Assembly (NCBI GenBank): GCA_963833225.1
Contig: CAWHXD010000019.1
Span: 672,001-736,000, forward strand
From: an uncultured Chloroflexia bacterium
Lineage (GTDB): Bacteria > Chloroflexota > Limnocylindria > Limnocylindrales > CSP1-4
Direction: 5' to 3'
DNA: 64,000 nucleotides
Made by a program: the position numbers and the translations under genes. Below, one piece after another: positions 48,143-59,025 of the stretch. Below the pieces are notes generated by a model, which did no database searches, was not told where the DNA came from, and worked only from the letters and a program-made list of their open reading frames with translations. Each line of letters opens with the position of its first letter. The stretch's first letter is position 1.

Positions 48143-48986
48143 GGCTCTGGAGCTGATCGAGGTCGCGGCCGTCGAGCCCGGCGGCCTCGATCGGCTGATG
48201 GCGGGCGACACGCCGGAGAGCGGCGCGGTTGCCGGCCATCTTGCCGGTTGTCCCGCATGCACGGCGCAGCTGGTGCGGGTTCGCCGGACGGCGGCTGTCG
48301 TCCGCGACGTGATCGCGACCTCGCCCGATCCGGCCCTGCGCGAGCGCACGCTCGCGTTCGTCCGCGAGGTTGGCCGTGATCGGCCCGTCGAGATGGCCCA
48401 GCCCGCCGCCGGCGATGTGGACTCGCACGGACCGGCTCCGTTGCCCGCCCAGCCATCGCCCGGGGCACCGGTCGCGGTCGCGTCCCGGTTCGCTTCGCCG
48501 TTGCGCGGCTGGCTGCGCTATGGCGCCGTCGCGGCGGCGCTCGTGCTCGCCGCGGGGATCGGCTTCGGTGCCGCGACGATCCGCAGCCCCGAGCCGCAGC
48601 TCGGGCATGAGGTCCAGGCCCTCGAAGCCGCGACCCAGATGACGCTGCGGCTCGAGGCTCGATCCGACCGGCAGCGCGTCGCCCTGGTGGCGACCGATGC
48701 CGGCGGCACGGCATCCGGCACCCTCCTGTTCTCGCCGTCGACCGGCGAGCTGGTGATGGTCGCGGAGGGGCTCCCGCCGCTCGCCGCGGGCGAGGAGTAC
48801 GGCTGCTGGGTGGAGGTGAACGGGGCCAGGACCCGGATCGGTCGGATGTACCCGGGTGGCAACCTCCAAGCCTGGGCAGGATCGGCGGACGGCCTCGCCG
48901 CGCTGCCGCCGGGTTCGAGGTTCGGGGTGTCACGAGTGCCGGCGGGGGCCGTGGCCGGCGAACCGGTGCTCGTGGGCGGCGTCTGA
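48129..48986 (+). CDS. Zinc-binding anti-sigma factor (RskA-like)
   Basis: HLAGCPAC ZAS motif, central TM helix, extracytoplasmic C-terminal domain; overlaps the sigma gene. Confidence 0.82.
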   Translation: MDHAEALELIEVAAVEPGGLDRLMAGDTPESGAVAGHLAGCPACTAQLVRVRRTAAVVRDVIATSPDPALRERTLAFVREVGRDRPVEMAQPAAGDVDSHGPAPLPAQPSPGAPVAVASRFASPLRGWLRYGAVAAALVLAAGIGFGAATIRSPEPQLGHEVQALEAATQMTLRLEARSDRQRVALVATDAGGTASGTLLFSPSTGELVMVAEGLPPLAAGEEYGCWVEVNGARTRIGRMYPGGNLQAWAGSADGLAALPPGSRFGVSRVPAGAVAGEPVLVGGV

Positions 48987-49059
48987 ACGGAAGCCGCCGG
49001 TCCGGTTGACAGCGGCGCGACGCACGGAGCGACGCGGGGCCGGATCCCGACGGAAGCTG

Positions 49060-49368
49060 CTAGCCCGCGCCTCCCGGATCGCTGCTGGCCCGCTGGTTCC
49101 GCTCGAGCTCCGTGAGCTCAGCCGGATCAACGAACGTGTCCGGCGGGGCAAAGCCGAGGTATCGGCGATGCGCGTGGAGGACGCGCTCCACGCCGCCGCG
49201 GTCCGGCCCGCCCTGGAGCGACCGGGCGATCCAGCCGGCCTCCGCGGCCAGCTCCTCCTCGGTGATCTCCTCCTCCCGACGCTGGCTGTCGGCCAGTACC
49301 AGCCACGTGAGGGCCACGCCGGCGACCGCGCCGACGACAAGGAGCCACCAGTTGAAGTCGCCGCTCAT
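49060..49368 (-). CDS. Hypothetical protein with N-terminal TM helix
   Basis: WWLLVVGAVAGVALTWLVL followed by an acidic segment; TATCCT 7 nt upstream of ATG. Confidence 0.6.
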   Translation of the reverse strand: MSGDFNWWLLVVGAVAGVALTWLVLADSQRREEEITEEELAAEAGWIARSLQGGPDRGGVERVLHAHRRYLGFAPPDTFVDPAELTELERNQRASSDPGGAG

Positions 49369-49481
49369 CGGGCCGAGGATAACCGACGCGGCCGCTCGGC
49401 GCGGTCGGGCTCGCTGCGGGCGGTCGGCCGCTCTCCGGCCGCTCGGGCTACACTCCGCGCGATGTCCGTGCCAAGAGGTCG

Positions 49482-50579
49482 TTGTTGCAGCCGCTGATCG
49501 CTCTCATCAACGTCACCCCCGACCCCGTCGCCGTCCACCTCGGCCCGATCCCGCTGCTGTGGTACGGGATCGCCTATGCGGTCGGCCTCGCAGCCTCGTA
49601 CGTGGTGATCACGCGCGAGGCGCAGCGTCGCGGTCTCGATGCCCGGCTGGTGGACACGGGAATCGTGGTCGTCGCCGTCGCCGCCCTCCTGGGCGGTCGC
49701 CTCTATCACGTCATCGACCAGTGGCAGCGGTACAAGGACGACCTGCTGACGATCTTCCTGCCGATCGCCAGGACGGCCGACGGCGGCTACCAGTTCGCCG
49801 GGTTCACGGGCCTCGGGGTCTATGGCGGGATCATCACCGGCACGATCGCCGCGTGGGTGTTCATCCGTTACCGGAGGCAGTCCTTCTGGCGATGGGCCGA
49901 TGTCGTCGCGCCCGGCCTGTTCGTGATGCAGGCGATCGGGCGCTGGGGCAACTTCTTCAACCAGGAGCTCTATGGCCCCCCCACGACCCTGCCGTGGGGG
50001 ATCACCATCGACTGCGCCCATCGCATCGTCGACTACCCGTGCACGACCTTCCCGGAGGCAACCACCGGCTTCCACCCGCTGTTCCTGTACGAGTCCATCA
50101 GCGGGATCGCGGGCGCCATCACCCTGCTCTGGGTCGCGCGGCGGTTCGGGCCACGGATGCGCCCCGGAGACCTCCTCCTGCTGTGGGCCATGTGGTACGC
50201 CGTCGTACGCTTCTCGCTCGAGACCCTGCGCTCGGAGAACTGGACCCTCGGCGGCATCCCCACGGCCATGATCGTGAGCACCGTGATCTTCACCATCGCC
50301 GGTGCCACCCTGTTGTGGCGGCACCGCCCGGGTGCGGTGGGCGGGGATCGATGGGGGGAGCCGCCCGAGCGGGTCACCGACGTCGACATCGTGGAAGAGA
50401 TCGATGTCGATGACGAGCTGGTGGAGGAGATCGAGGTCGACGACGACGACGCGGCACCGGAAGACCGGGTCCCCGCTGCTGTTGATGCCACCGACGCGGA
50501 CGATGGGGCGACCAGGGACGGAGATGTCGAGATCGACGACGGGGCCGAGAGCGATCGTGGCCGCCCCGGTGGGGCCTGA
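49482..50579 (+). CDS. lgt: Prolipoprotein diacylglyceryl transferase with acidic C-terminal tail
   Basis: WYG, GGRLYHV, YGG, QAIGRWGNFFNQELYG, HPLFLYE, RF..E..R. Confidence 0.92.
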   Translation: MLQPLIALINVTPDPVAVHLGPIPLLWYGIAYAVGLAASYVVITREAQRRGLDARLVDTGIVVVAVAALLGGRLYHVIDQWQRYKDDLLTIFLPIARTADGGYQFAGFTGLGVYGGIITGTIAAWVFIRYRRQSFWRWADVVAPGLFVMQAIGRWGNFFNQELYGPPTTLPWGITIDCAHRIVDYPCTTFPEATTGFHPLFLYESISGIAGAITLLWVARRFGPRMRPGDLLLLWAMWYAVVRFSLETLRSENWTLGGIPTAMIVSTVIFTIAGATLLWRHRPGAVGGDRWGEPPERVTDVDIVEEIDVDDELVEEIEVDDDDAAPEDRVPAAVDATDADDGATRDGDVEIDDGAESDRGRPGGA

Positions 50580-51567
50580 GCAACCCGATCCCGAGCTGCC
50601 GGTCACGACCGGCGCTCCGGCCGGATCTCCGTCTCCCGCCGGCCCGGCGTCGCCCCCGGAGCTGGCCGTGCCCACCTCCGCTCCAGGGCCCGAGCCTCGC
50701 CCCATCCGCCGCCGTCCACGGTCGCGCCTGGAGCCGGGCGTGCTCGAGGCGGCCCGACGCGCGGGCACCCGGGAGGGCCTCGAGTGGCTCGGTCGCGAGC
50801 CCGAGTCGCCCGCGTCGATCCTGTTCCGGGCCGTTCGCGTGTTCGCCCGCGTCCTCGCGTTTGGCGTGTTCCGGTTCAGGATCGAGGCATCCGGTCGGGA
50901 GCACCTGCCGGCCGGTGGTGGCTACCTGCTCGTCGGGGCGGCGCATCGGGGCTGGATGGATCCGTTCGTGGTCATGCACGCGCTCCCCGTCGAGCCCCGC
51001 GCGTGGTTCCTGGGCAGCGGTCCGTCCACCTTCACCGCACGCTGGCGCGAGCGCTTCATCCACGCGCTCGGCGGGCTCCTGCCGGTGTGGCGGGGCGGAC
51101 TCGGGATCGACGCCCACGTCGCCGCGGCGCATGCGGTCCTGCGCAACGGCGGCATCTTCGTCCAGATGCCCGAGGGGACCGTGTCGGGACCCGCGGGCCA
51201 TATCGGTCCGTTCCGGCCCGGGGCCGCGCTGATCGCGATCCGGACCGGCGCCCCGCTCGTTCCACTCGTCATCGCGGGTACCGAGGAGCTGTACATCGGC
51301 CGCCGCATGGCCTCCAGGGTGCTGCCCGCGACATCGGCGCGCGAGCTGCTCGGCGATACCTGGGACGGAGACCTCCCGGAGCCCGGGTCGCGTGCCGAGC
51401 TCGAGCTGGCCAAGCGGCTCACGACCCGTCTCGAGGCGCTCCTCGGCCCCGAGGTCGAGGCGCTCCATCCACGAACCGTCGACCCGCCGTCGCGCCGGCG
51501 GCGGCTGCGAAGGCACCTTACCTGGCTGTTCCTGCGCCCTGGGCGCCTTGACCGCGACGAGGCCTGA
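50569..51567 (+). CDS. Lysophospholipid acyltransferase (PlsC-like)
   Basis: HRGWMD (HxxxxD), MPEGT, F.PGAA.IA..TGAPLVP. Confidence 0.82.
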   Translation: MGPEQPDPELPVTTGAPAGSPSPAGPASPPELAVPTSAPGPEPRPIRRRPRSRLEPGVLEAARRAGTREGLEWLGREPESPASILFRAVRVFARVLAFGVFRFRIEASGREHLPAGGGYLLVGAAHRGWMDPFVVMHALPVEPRAWFLGSGPSTFTARWRERFIHALGGLLPVWRGGLGIDAHVAAAHAVLRNGGIFVQMPEGTVSGPAGHIGPFRPGAALIAIRTGAPLVPLVIAGTEELYIGRRMASRVLPATSARELLGDTWDGDLPEPGSRAELELAKRLTTRLEALLGPEVEALHPRTVDPPSRRRRLRRHLTWLFLRPGRLDRDEA

Positions 51568-51986
51568 TCGGGGACCCGCGCTCCATGGCCGGATCCGACC
51601 CGGATCCCGCCCCTCTCCGGCACGCGAGCCCCTCTCCGGCACCGACGCGGGGCGCCTGACGCCCGAACGGTCCCGTGCTGCATCAGTCCGGGCCGTCGGC
51701 GCCCCATCCGTCGCGCCATTGGGCACGCCGGCGCATCAATCGGGGCTTCAGGCGCCCGTTTCGCTCCCCGCCGCGTCCGTTGGGGCTCCCGGCGCCCGCC
51801 CCGGGGGCCGCTACCCGGGAGACGCGCCCGGCGCCCGCCCGACGACCCCGACCCCATCCGGAGACGCCGCGGGCGGGGCCACGCAGGATCGGCCTCCGAG
51901 ACACTCGGCGCGCACCGATCACCACGGTCACCGACCCTCAGGATCCCCCGATCGCAACCCCAGGATCCCCTGGTCGCCGATTCCGC

Positions 51987-52010
51987 CAAGGTTGTGCAAC
52001 CTTGTATGAT
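51987..52010 (+). promoter_or_regulatory. Perfect palindromic operator abutting a -10 box upstream of pckA
   Basis: CAAGGTTG-TG-CAACCTTG (51987-52004) followed by TATGAT (52005-52010). Confidence 0.6.
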
Positions 52011-52138
52011 CGCCTGCAATTCCATCGCGTCCTTGACTGCGAAAGCCGACTCCCGGGTCCCCACGGGACCCGCCACGCGCGGCCGGTCAGAGCCACTCGT
52101 GGGCGTGCATGCTCACGTTGCAGCCGAGGTACCCGATC

Positions 52139-53743
52139 ATGACGATGGCCGCTCCGACTCCAGCCGGGCAGATCGGGGGCTCCGTCCTGGCCAACCTCCC
52201 CGTCGCCGAGCTGTACGAGCGCGCCATCAGCGAAGGCGAGGGCACCCTGGCGGCCGAGGGCCCGCTCGTGGTCCGCACCGGCCAGCACACCGGCCGCTCG
52301 CCCCGGGACAAGTTCGTCGTCCGCGAGCCCTGGAGCGAGGCCAAGGTGTGGTGGGGCGAGGTCAACCACGAGATCAGCGAGGAGCACTACGACCGGCTCC
52401 GCGCCCGACTCATGACCTACGTCGCCGACAAGCGGCTGTATGCGCAGGACATGTACATCGGTGCCCACGAGGCGCACCGGCGCAGCCTCCGCGTCTACAC
52501 CGAGACGGCGTGGGCCAGCATCTTCGCCCGCAACCTGTTCCGCCGGCCCCCTCGCGAGGACCTCGCGTCCTTCGTGCCGAACTTCACGATCATCAACGTG
52601 CCCAGCTTCCAGGCTGATCCGGCGACGGAGGGCACCCGGACCGGCACGGCGATCCTGCTCCACCTGCAGCGGATGGAGATCATCATCGTGGGCACGATGT
52701 ACGCGGGCGAGATCAAGAAGTCCGCGTTCACGGTCATGAACTACCTGATGCCCGACGAGGGCGTGCTGCCGATGCACTCCTCGATCAACGTGGGCGAGAA
52801 GGGTGACTCCGTCGTCTTCTTCGGCCTCTCCGGCACGGGGAAGACCACCTTGTCGGCCGATCCGCAGCGCAGCCTGATCGGCGACGACGAGCACGGTTGG
52901 GGCGACGGCTACACCTTCAACTTCGAGGGTGGCTGCTACGCCAAGACGATCCGCCTGTCCGCCATGTACGAGCCGGACATCTTCGCCACGACCAAGCGGT
53001 TCGGGACCATCCTGGAGAACACCGACATGTTCCCGGAGACGCGGGAGCTGGACCTGGACTCCGAGCGCTTCACCGAGAACACCCGCGCCGCGTACCCGCT
53101 CCATTTCATCGGCAATGCGGACCCCACGGGCGTTGCCCCCGGACCGGAGCACGTGGTCTTCCTGACGGCCGACGCGTTCGGGGTCCTGCCGCCGATCAGC
53201 AGGCTCACCCGCGAGCAGGCGGCCTACCACTTCATCAGCGGCTACACCGCCAAGCTCGCCGGCACCGAGATCGGAGTCAAGGAGCCGTCGGCCACGTTCT
53301 CGGCTGGCTTCGGCGCGCCGTTCCTGCCGCGCCACCCGGGCGAGTACGCGCACATGCTCATGGACCGCCTCGACCAGTTCGACGTCCCGGTCTGGCTCGT
53401 GAACACCGGCTGGACCGGCGGCCCGTACGGCGTCGGGCACCGGATGAACATCAACCACACCCGGAACATGGTTCGTGCGGCCATCAACGGCGAGCTCGAC
53501 GGCGTCGAGACAGTGGTCGACCCGATCTTCCGGGTGGCTGTTCCGGTCAGCGTGCCCGGTGTGCCGCATGAGGTCCTGTTCCCCCGTAACACGTGGGCGG
53601 ACCCTGCTGCCTACGACGCGGCCGCTCGCACGATCGCCGGCATGTTCCACGAGAACTTCGCCAAGTACGCCGACGGCGTCTCCGAGGTGGTGCGCAACGC
53701 CGGGCCAGCCGTGTTCAACGCGGACGGGACAGCGAAGGGCTGA
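52139..53743 (+). CDS. pckA: Phosphoenolpyruvate carboxykinase (ATP)
   Basis: TGRSPRDK, YAGEIKK, FFGLSGTGKTTLS, LIGDDEHGW, NFEGGCYAK, WLVNTGW. Confidence 0.96.
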   Translation: MTMAAPTPAGQIGGSVLANLPVAELYERAISEGEGTLAAEGPLVVRTGQHTGRSPRDKFVVREPWSEAKVWWGEVNHEISEEHYDRLRARLMTYVADKRLYAQDMYIGAHEAHRRSLRVYTETAWASIFARNLFRRPPREDLASFVPNFTIINVPSFQADPATEGTRTGTAILLHLQRMEIIIVGTMYAGEIKKSAFTVMNYLMPDEGVLPMHSSINVGEKGDSVVFFGLSGTGKTTLSADPQRSLIGDDEHGWGDGYTFNFEGGCYAKTIRLSAMYEPDIFATTKRFGTILENTDMFPETRELDLDSERFTENTRAAYPLHFIGNADPTGVAPGPEHVVFLTADAFGVLPPISRLTREQAAYHFISGYTAKLAGTEIGVKEPSATFSAGFGAPFLPRHPGEYAHMLMDRLDQFDVPVWLVNTGWTGGPYGVGHRMNINHTRNMVRAAINGELDGVETVVDPIFRVAVPVSVPGVPHEVLFPRNTWADPAAYDAAARTIAGMFHENFAKYADGVSEVVRNAGPAVFNADGTAKG

Positions 53744-53854
53744 CCCACGCGGGGCCCGGCCCCAGCCACGACACCCCGATAGCCCCCGGCTGGGAGCGAT
53801 CCCGCGGGGAGCGACCCAGCGGGGCTGTCGCGTCCGGCCTGCGATACTTCGCCC

Positions 53855-54964
53855 ATGCGAGGGACCTACCCACACATCCGGGTCTCGGGCGGCCCGCGCG
53901 AGCGCGGACGCCAGTACGGGGAGCAGGCCCGCGAGCGTGTCGAGCGCAGCGTCGCGCTCTACCGCCGCGTGTTCGAGCACTACGCCGGCTGGTCGTGGGA
54001 CCGGGTGACGTCGCACGCCCGCGCCTACCGGCCCGCGATCGAGGCCGCCCATCCCCGCTACCTCGAGGAGATGGCCGGGATCGCGGACGGCGCGGGACTC
54101 ACCCTGGCCGACATCCTGGCCATCAACGTCCGCACCGAGGTGATGTTCGCGGCGGTCGCGCGCCAGGCGGCGGGGGAGTGCACGGCGTTCGCCGTGCTCC
54201 CCGCGGGGACCGCCGGGGGGCATCCGCTCATGGGCCAGAACTGGGACTGGATGCCGCACTGCACGGAGACCGTGGTCGTCCTCGAGGCCGAGCAGGACGA
54301 CGGGCCCTCGTACGTGACGGTCGTCGAGGCCGGGCTGCTGGCCAAGACCGGCTTCAACAGCGCCGGGATCGGCCTCGTGACCAATGCCCTGATCAGCGAC
54401 CAGGATCGGGGCGATCCCGGCCTGCCCTACCACGTGGTCCTGCGCGCCATCCTCGACGCGCGGACCCTGCCCGCCGCGCTGGACGCCGTCACCCGCCATC
54501 CGCGGGCCTCCGCGGCGAACTACCTCGTGGCGAGCCGGGAGGGCATGGCGGTGGACATCGAGGCGGCGCCCGGCGACCACAGCCAGGTGTGGCTGACCTG
54601 GCCGGCCCCGGACGCCATCGTCCACACCAACCACTACCTGGCTGAGACCGGGCTCAAGGACGTCATGCGCTGGTACGCACCAGGCAGCCCGTTCCGGCAC
54701 CGCCGCGCCTCCACGCTCCTCGCCGACAACCAGGGGCGCGTCCATCCCGCGATGCTCCAGTCGATGCTCCGGGATCACGTGAACCAACCGTCGGGGGTGT
54801 GCGCGCACCCGGACCCGTCGCTGCCCGAGATGGAGCAGGACATGACCGTGGCGTCGGTCCTGTACGACCTGGAGACCCGCACGATGTGGATCGCCGACGG
54901 CCAGCCGTGCGAGGTCGACTACCGGCGCGTGGAGTACGCGGGGCTACTCGGCGCCGCGGGCTAA
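53855..54964 (+). CDS. Peptidase C45 / acyl-CoA:6-APA acyltransferase family Ntn hydrolase
   Basis: RG.QYG, N.RTE, autoproteolytic ECTAF, GQNWDW, HTNH. Confidence 0.85.
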   Translation: MRGTYPHIRVSGGPRERGRQYGEQARERVERSVALYRRVFEHYAGWSWDRVTSHARAYRPAIEAAHPRYLEEMAGIADGAGLTLADILAINVRTEVMFAAVARQAAGECTAFAVLPAGTAGGHPLMGQNWDWMPHCTETVVVLEAEQDDGPSYVTVVEAGLLAKTGFNSAGIGLVTNALISDQDRGDPGLPYHVVLRAILDARTLPAALDAVTRHPRASAANYLVASREGMAVDIEAAPGDHSQVWLTWPAPDAIVHTNHYLAETGLKDVMRWYAPGSPFRHRRASTLLADNQGRVHPAMLQSMLRDHVNQPSGVCAHPDPSLPEMEQDMTVASVLYDLETRTMWIADGQPCEVDYRRVEYAGLLGAAG

Positions 54965-55969
<1,005 letters not shown>

Positions 55970-56189
55970 CCCTCGCGCGGGCCCAGGTCCGAGAAAGCGG
56001 TGCGCCTGCGCACCGCCTGCGTGCATGCCTGCACGTCGGGCGGTTCGCGTGCGCACCGGCCCATGACGCAATGGGGATGGTCCCGGATCTCGATCGTGGG
56101 CTACCCTGCCTCGTAAGGCCGAATGCAAGGGTGGCGGCTGCCCGTACCCGCTCCACCTGAGACCCACAGACTGGGAGGACCCGGACATC

Positions 56190-58385
56190 GTGCGACGCTT
56201 GAAGCTCACCCTCGCCGCGGCGGTCGCCGCCGCGCTGATCGTCGGCGCCCCCGTCGGTGCCGCGACCCGCCTGCCGACGGCCGCCGCGACGGCCGGGAAG
56301 GCCTCCGTGGCCCATGGCTATGCCCTGGTGCAGCTCCGGGGAGCCCCACTTGCCACGTCGAGCAAGACGAGGCCGGCACCCGGCAAGAAGGTCGACTTCA
56401 ACAACAAGTCGGTCAAGTCCTACAAGGCCCAGCTCGCGAAGCTGCGCAATGACTTCAAGGCGTGGCTGCGAAAGAACGCGCCCAAGGCCAAGGTCGTCCA
56501 GGGCTTCGACCTCGCCTTCAATGGCGTCAGCGTCAAGCTCCGTGGCACCTCGCTCGCAACCATCCGCTCCTCGTCGCTGGTCGTGCGGGCCCAGTACCAG
56601 GGCCGCTACTACCTGACCGCTGAGGACCCCGACCTCGCCCTCATCAACGCGATGGCCGGTTGGACCGCCGCGGGCACGACGTCCGCGGATGCCGGCGATG
56701 GCGTCAAGGTTGGCGTGATCGACTCCGGCATCGACCTGACCCACCCCTGCTTCAGCGATGCCGGCTACCCGAATCACCTCCAGCTGGGCGACCGCCGCTT
56801 CACCAACGACAAGGTGATCGTGGCCCGGGTGTTCAACATGAGGGCCGGCAGCCGCGGCTACACGGCCGAGGCCATCGATAGCCACGGCACGCATGTCGCG
56901 GGCACGATCGCCTGCAACTACGGCACCCCGGCGACGGTGGGCGGCGCGTCGATCCCGTACGCCATCTCCGGCGTCGCCCCGCGCGCGCTCCTCGGCAACT
57001 ACAACGTGTTCCCCGGCGATGTCGACAACGCCCGCAGCGAGGACATCCTCAACGCCATCGAGGCGGCGTACGTTGATGGCATGGACGTCATCAACATGAG
57101 CCTCGGCGGTCCCGCCAGCGGGATCCAGGACCTGCTGACCATCGCGGTCGACAACATGGATCGCGCGGGCATGGTGTCCGCCATCTCGGCCGGCAACGAG
57201 GGACCGGGTCACTACACGGTCGGCTCGCCCGGCTCGGCGGCGCGTGCGCTGACTGCTGGCGCCTCCACCGTTCCCCATTTTGTTGGTGCGCCACTCACCG
57301 CCGACGGCATGACCGTGGGCGTGGCGGCCGGCGACTTCGCCACCGTCGATGCCGATCTCACCGCCCCGCTGGGCGTTGCCTTCGCCTCGGGTGGCGCGCT
57401 GGACAATGCCTGCGCCCCGCTGGCAGGCGGCAGCCTCGCGGGCGAGATCGCGCTGATCTCGCGCGGTGCGTGCACCTTCTCGCAGAAGATCCGCAACGCA
57501 CAGGATGCCGGCGCGGTGGCGGCCATCGTCGTCAACAACGTTGCCGGTGACCCCACGGCCATGGCCCTCGGCGGGATCGCGAACGAACCCACGATCCCGG
57601 CCTACATGGCATCGCTGGCCGACAAGACCGCCCTGATGGCTGCCGACGGCGCCAGCGCCACGATCGGTGCCACCAATGCCTACTTCAACACCACCAACGC
57701 CGACATCATGGCCGGCTTCAGCAGCCAGGGTCCGACCGACGTGGACTTCCGGGTCAAGCCCGACGTGGTCGCCCCCGGTGTCAACGTCCTGAGCTCCATC
57801 CCGCAGTCGTACTGCGATCCGGGCGTTGACTGCTTCGCGTTCTTCCAGGGCACCTCCATGGCGTCACCGCATCTCGCCGGCGCAGCGGCGATCGTGGTGC
57901 AGGCCCATCCCGACTGGCCGGCGTGGGCCGTCCGCTCGGCCATCGTGAACACGGCCGACGTCGGCCGGCTCACGGTGCACACGAACGGCACCGATCTCCA
58001 GACCGACGTCAACGTCACCGGCAGCGGCATCGCCAACCTCGAGTCGGCAGTGAGCGCCACGGCGCTCCTGGACCCGGTCAGCGTCAGCTTTGGCGCGACG
58101 CCCTCGGGCTCGGGCGTGTCCAGGACGGTCAAGGTGACCCTCCTCAACGCCGGCGACGTCGACGCTGACTGGGGCGTCGCGATCGACGCCTACGGCAGCG
58201 CCGCGGGCGTCAAGTTCACGACGAGCGTCACGTCCGTGAGCATCCCGGCAGGCGGGACCGCCACGTTCACCGTCAAGGCCGCCTTCAGCAAGAAGGCCGC
58301 CAAGGGCGACAAGCAGGCGTGGCTGGTCATCACCGACGGCGCGGACCTCGTCGCGCACGCGGCCGTCTATGCCTTCGTGAAGTAG
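56190..58385 (+). CDS. Secreted S8 subtilase with propeptide and PA domain (Vpr-like)
   Basis: Signal peptide, VIDSGID, HGTHVAG, PA insert RGACTF..K, KPDVVAPG, GTSMASPH. Confidence 0.92.
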   Translation: MRRLKLTLAAAVAAALIVGAPVGAATRLPTAAATAGKASVAHGYALVQLRGAPLATSSKTRPAPGKKVDFNNKSVKSYKAQLAKLRNDFKAWLRKNAPKAKVVQGFDLAFNGVSVKLRGTSLATIRSSSLVVRAQYQGRYYLTAEDPDLALINAMAGWTAAGTTSADAGDGVKVGVIDSGIDLTHPCFSDAGYPNHLQLGDRRFTNDKVIVARVFNMRAGSRGYTAEAIDSHGTHVAGTIACNYGTPATVGGASIPYAISGVAPRALLGNYNVFPGDVDNARSEDILNAIEAAYVDGMDVINMSLGGPASGIQDLLTIAVDNMDRAGMVSAISAGNEGPGHYTVGSPGSAARALTAGASTVPHFVGAPLTADGMTVGVAAGDFATVDADLTAPLGVAFASGGALDNACAPLAGGSLAGEIALISRGACTFSQKIRNAQDAGAVAAIVVNNVAGDPTAMALGGIANEPTIPAYMASLADKTALMAADGASATIGATNAYFNTTNADIMAGFSSQGPTDVDFRVKPDVVAPGVNVLSSIPQSYCDPGVDCFAFFQGTSMASPHLAGAAAIVVQAHPDWPAWAVRSAIVNTADVGRLTVHTNGTDLQTDVNVTGSGIANLESAVSATALLDPVSVSFGATPSGSGVSRTVKVTLLNAGDVDADWGVAIDAYGSAAGVKFTTSVTSVSIPAGGTATFTVKAAFSKKAAKGDKQAWLVITDGADLVAHAAVYAFVK

Positions 58386-58400
58386 CGAGCGACCAAGCGA

Positions 58401-58428
58401 AAGGGGCCCCGGCCGGCCGGGGCCCCTT
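58401..58428. terminator. Palindrome between convergent genes (bidirectional terminator)
   Basis: AAGGGGCCCCGGCC-GGCCGGGGCCCCTT perfect 28-bp inverted repeat. Confidence 0.75.
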
Positions 58429-58452
58429 CGTCGTTCCCGGGGATCGCGGGGG

Positions 58453-58926
58453 TCAGCCGGGGCCCAGCGGGCGCTCGCACAGCCGGACGTCGCCCCCGCC
58501 ACCCATCGCCGTGGCGCGGTAGTCGTAGGTCGCGCCTCCCGCCTCGAGGACGATCCGGTATCCCGGGGTGATCATGTCCGTGTACATGAAGCCCATGACC
58601 GGGCACCCGAGGGCGCCGCTCGGCCAGTCGCGGGACTCGGTGGAGATCACCGTGACATCCGCGGGGTCAACACCGGCACGCGCCGCGGCGTCGGCAATCG
58701 CCGCCTCGAGGGGGAGGCCCGGGATCCCGTTGGTCGTGCCCGGGATGGCGGTCGGTGGTTCCATGGACGCGACCAGGGGCGAGGGCACGGGGGTTGCCGG
58801 AGCAGGGGTCGCCGGAACTGGCGTGATGGTCGGGGACGCGGCGGCGGTCCCGCCGGTGCACGCCGCGGCGGCGAGGACGATGAACACGATGGCGGCGGGG
58901 AGACGCGGAGCGGATCGAATGGTCAT
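58453..58926 (-). CDS. Hypothetical lipoprotein
   Basis: Lipobox-like LAAAAC, Pro/Thr-rich linker, W..GALGCP..G..YT..ITPGY domain. Confidence 0.7.
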   Translation of the reverse strand: MTIRSAPRLPAAIVFIVLAAAACTGGTAAASPTITPVPATPAPATPVPSPLVASMEPPTAIPGTTNGIPGLPLEAAIADAAARAGVDPADVTVISTESRDWPSGALGCPVMGFMYTDMITPGYRIVLEAGGATYDYRATAMGGGGDVRLCERPLGPG

Positions 58927-59025
58927 GGCCCCTGAACGCGCGGCCCAACCCGGTGGTTCCCTCAGGCGCACTGCCCACGTGGAGGCGCCGGTTCCTGGAC
59001 GGCGGCACGGTAGACTCGCCGCGTC

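Noticed and set aside
53855-54964. Penicillin biosynthesis gene
   Set aside because: The C45 family is widespread, and no NRPS or isopenicillin N synthase is nearby
55970-56189. Possible riboswitch upstream of the S8 protease
   Set aside because: Only short GCCTGC repeats and GC pairing; no recognisable riboswitch consensus
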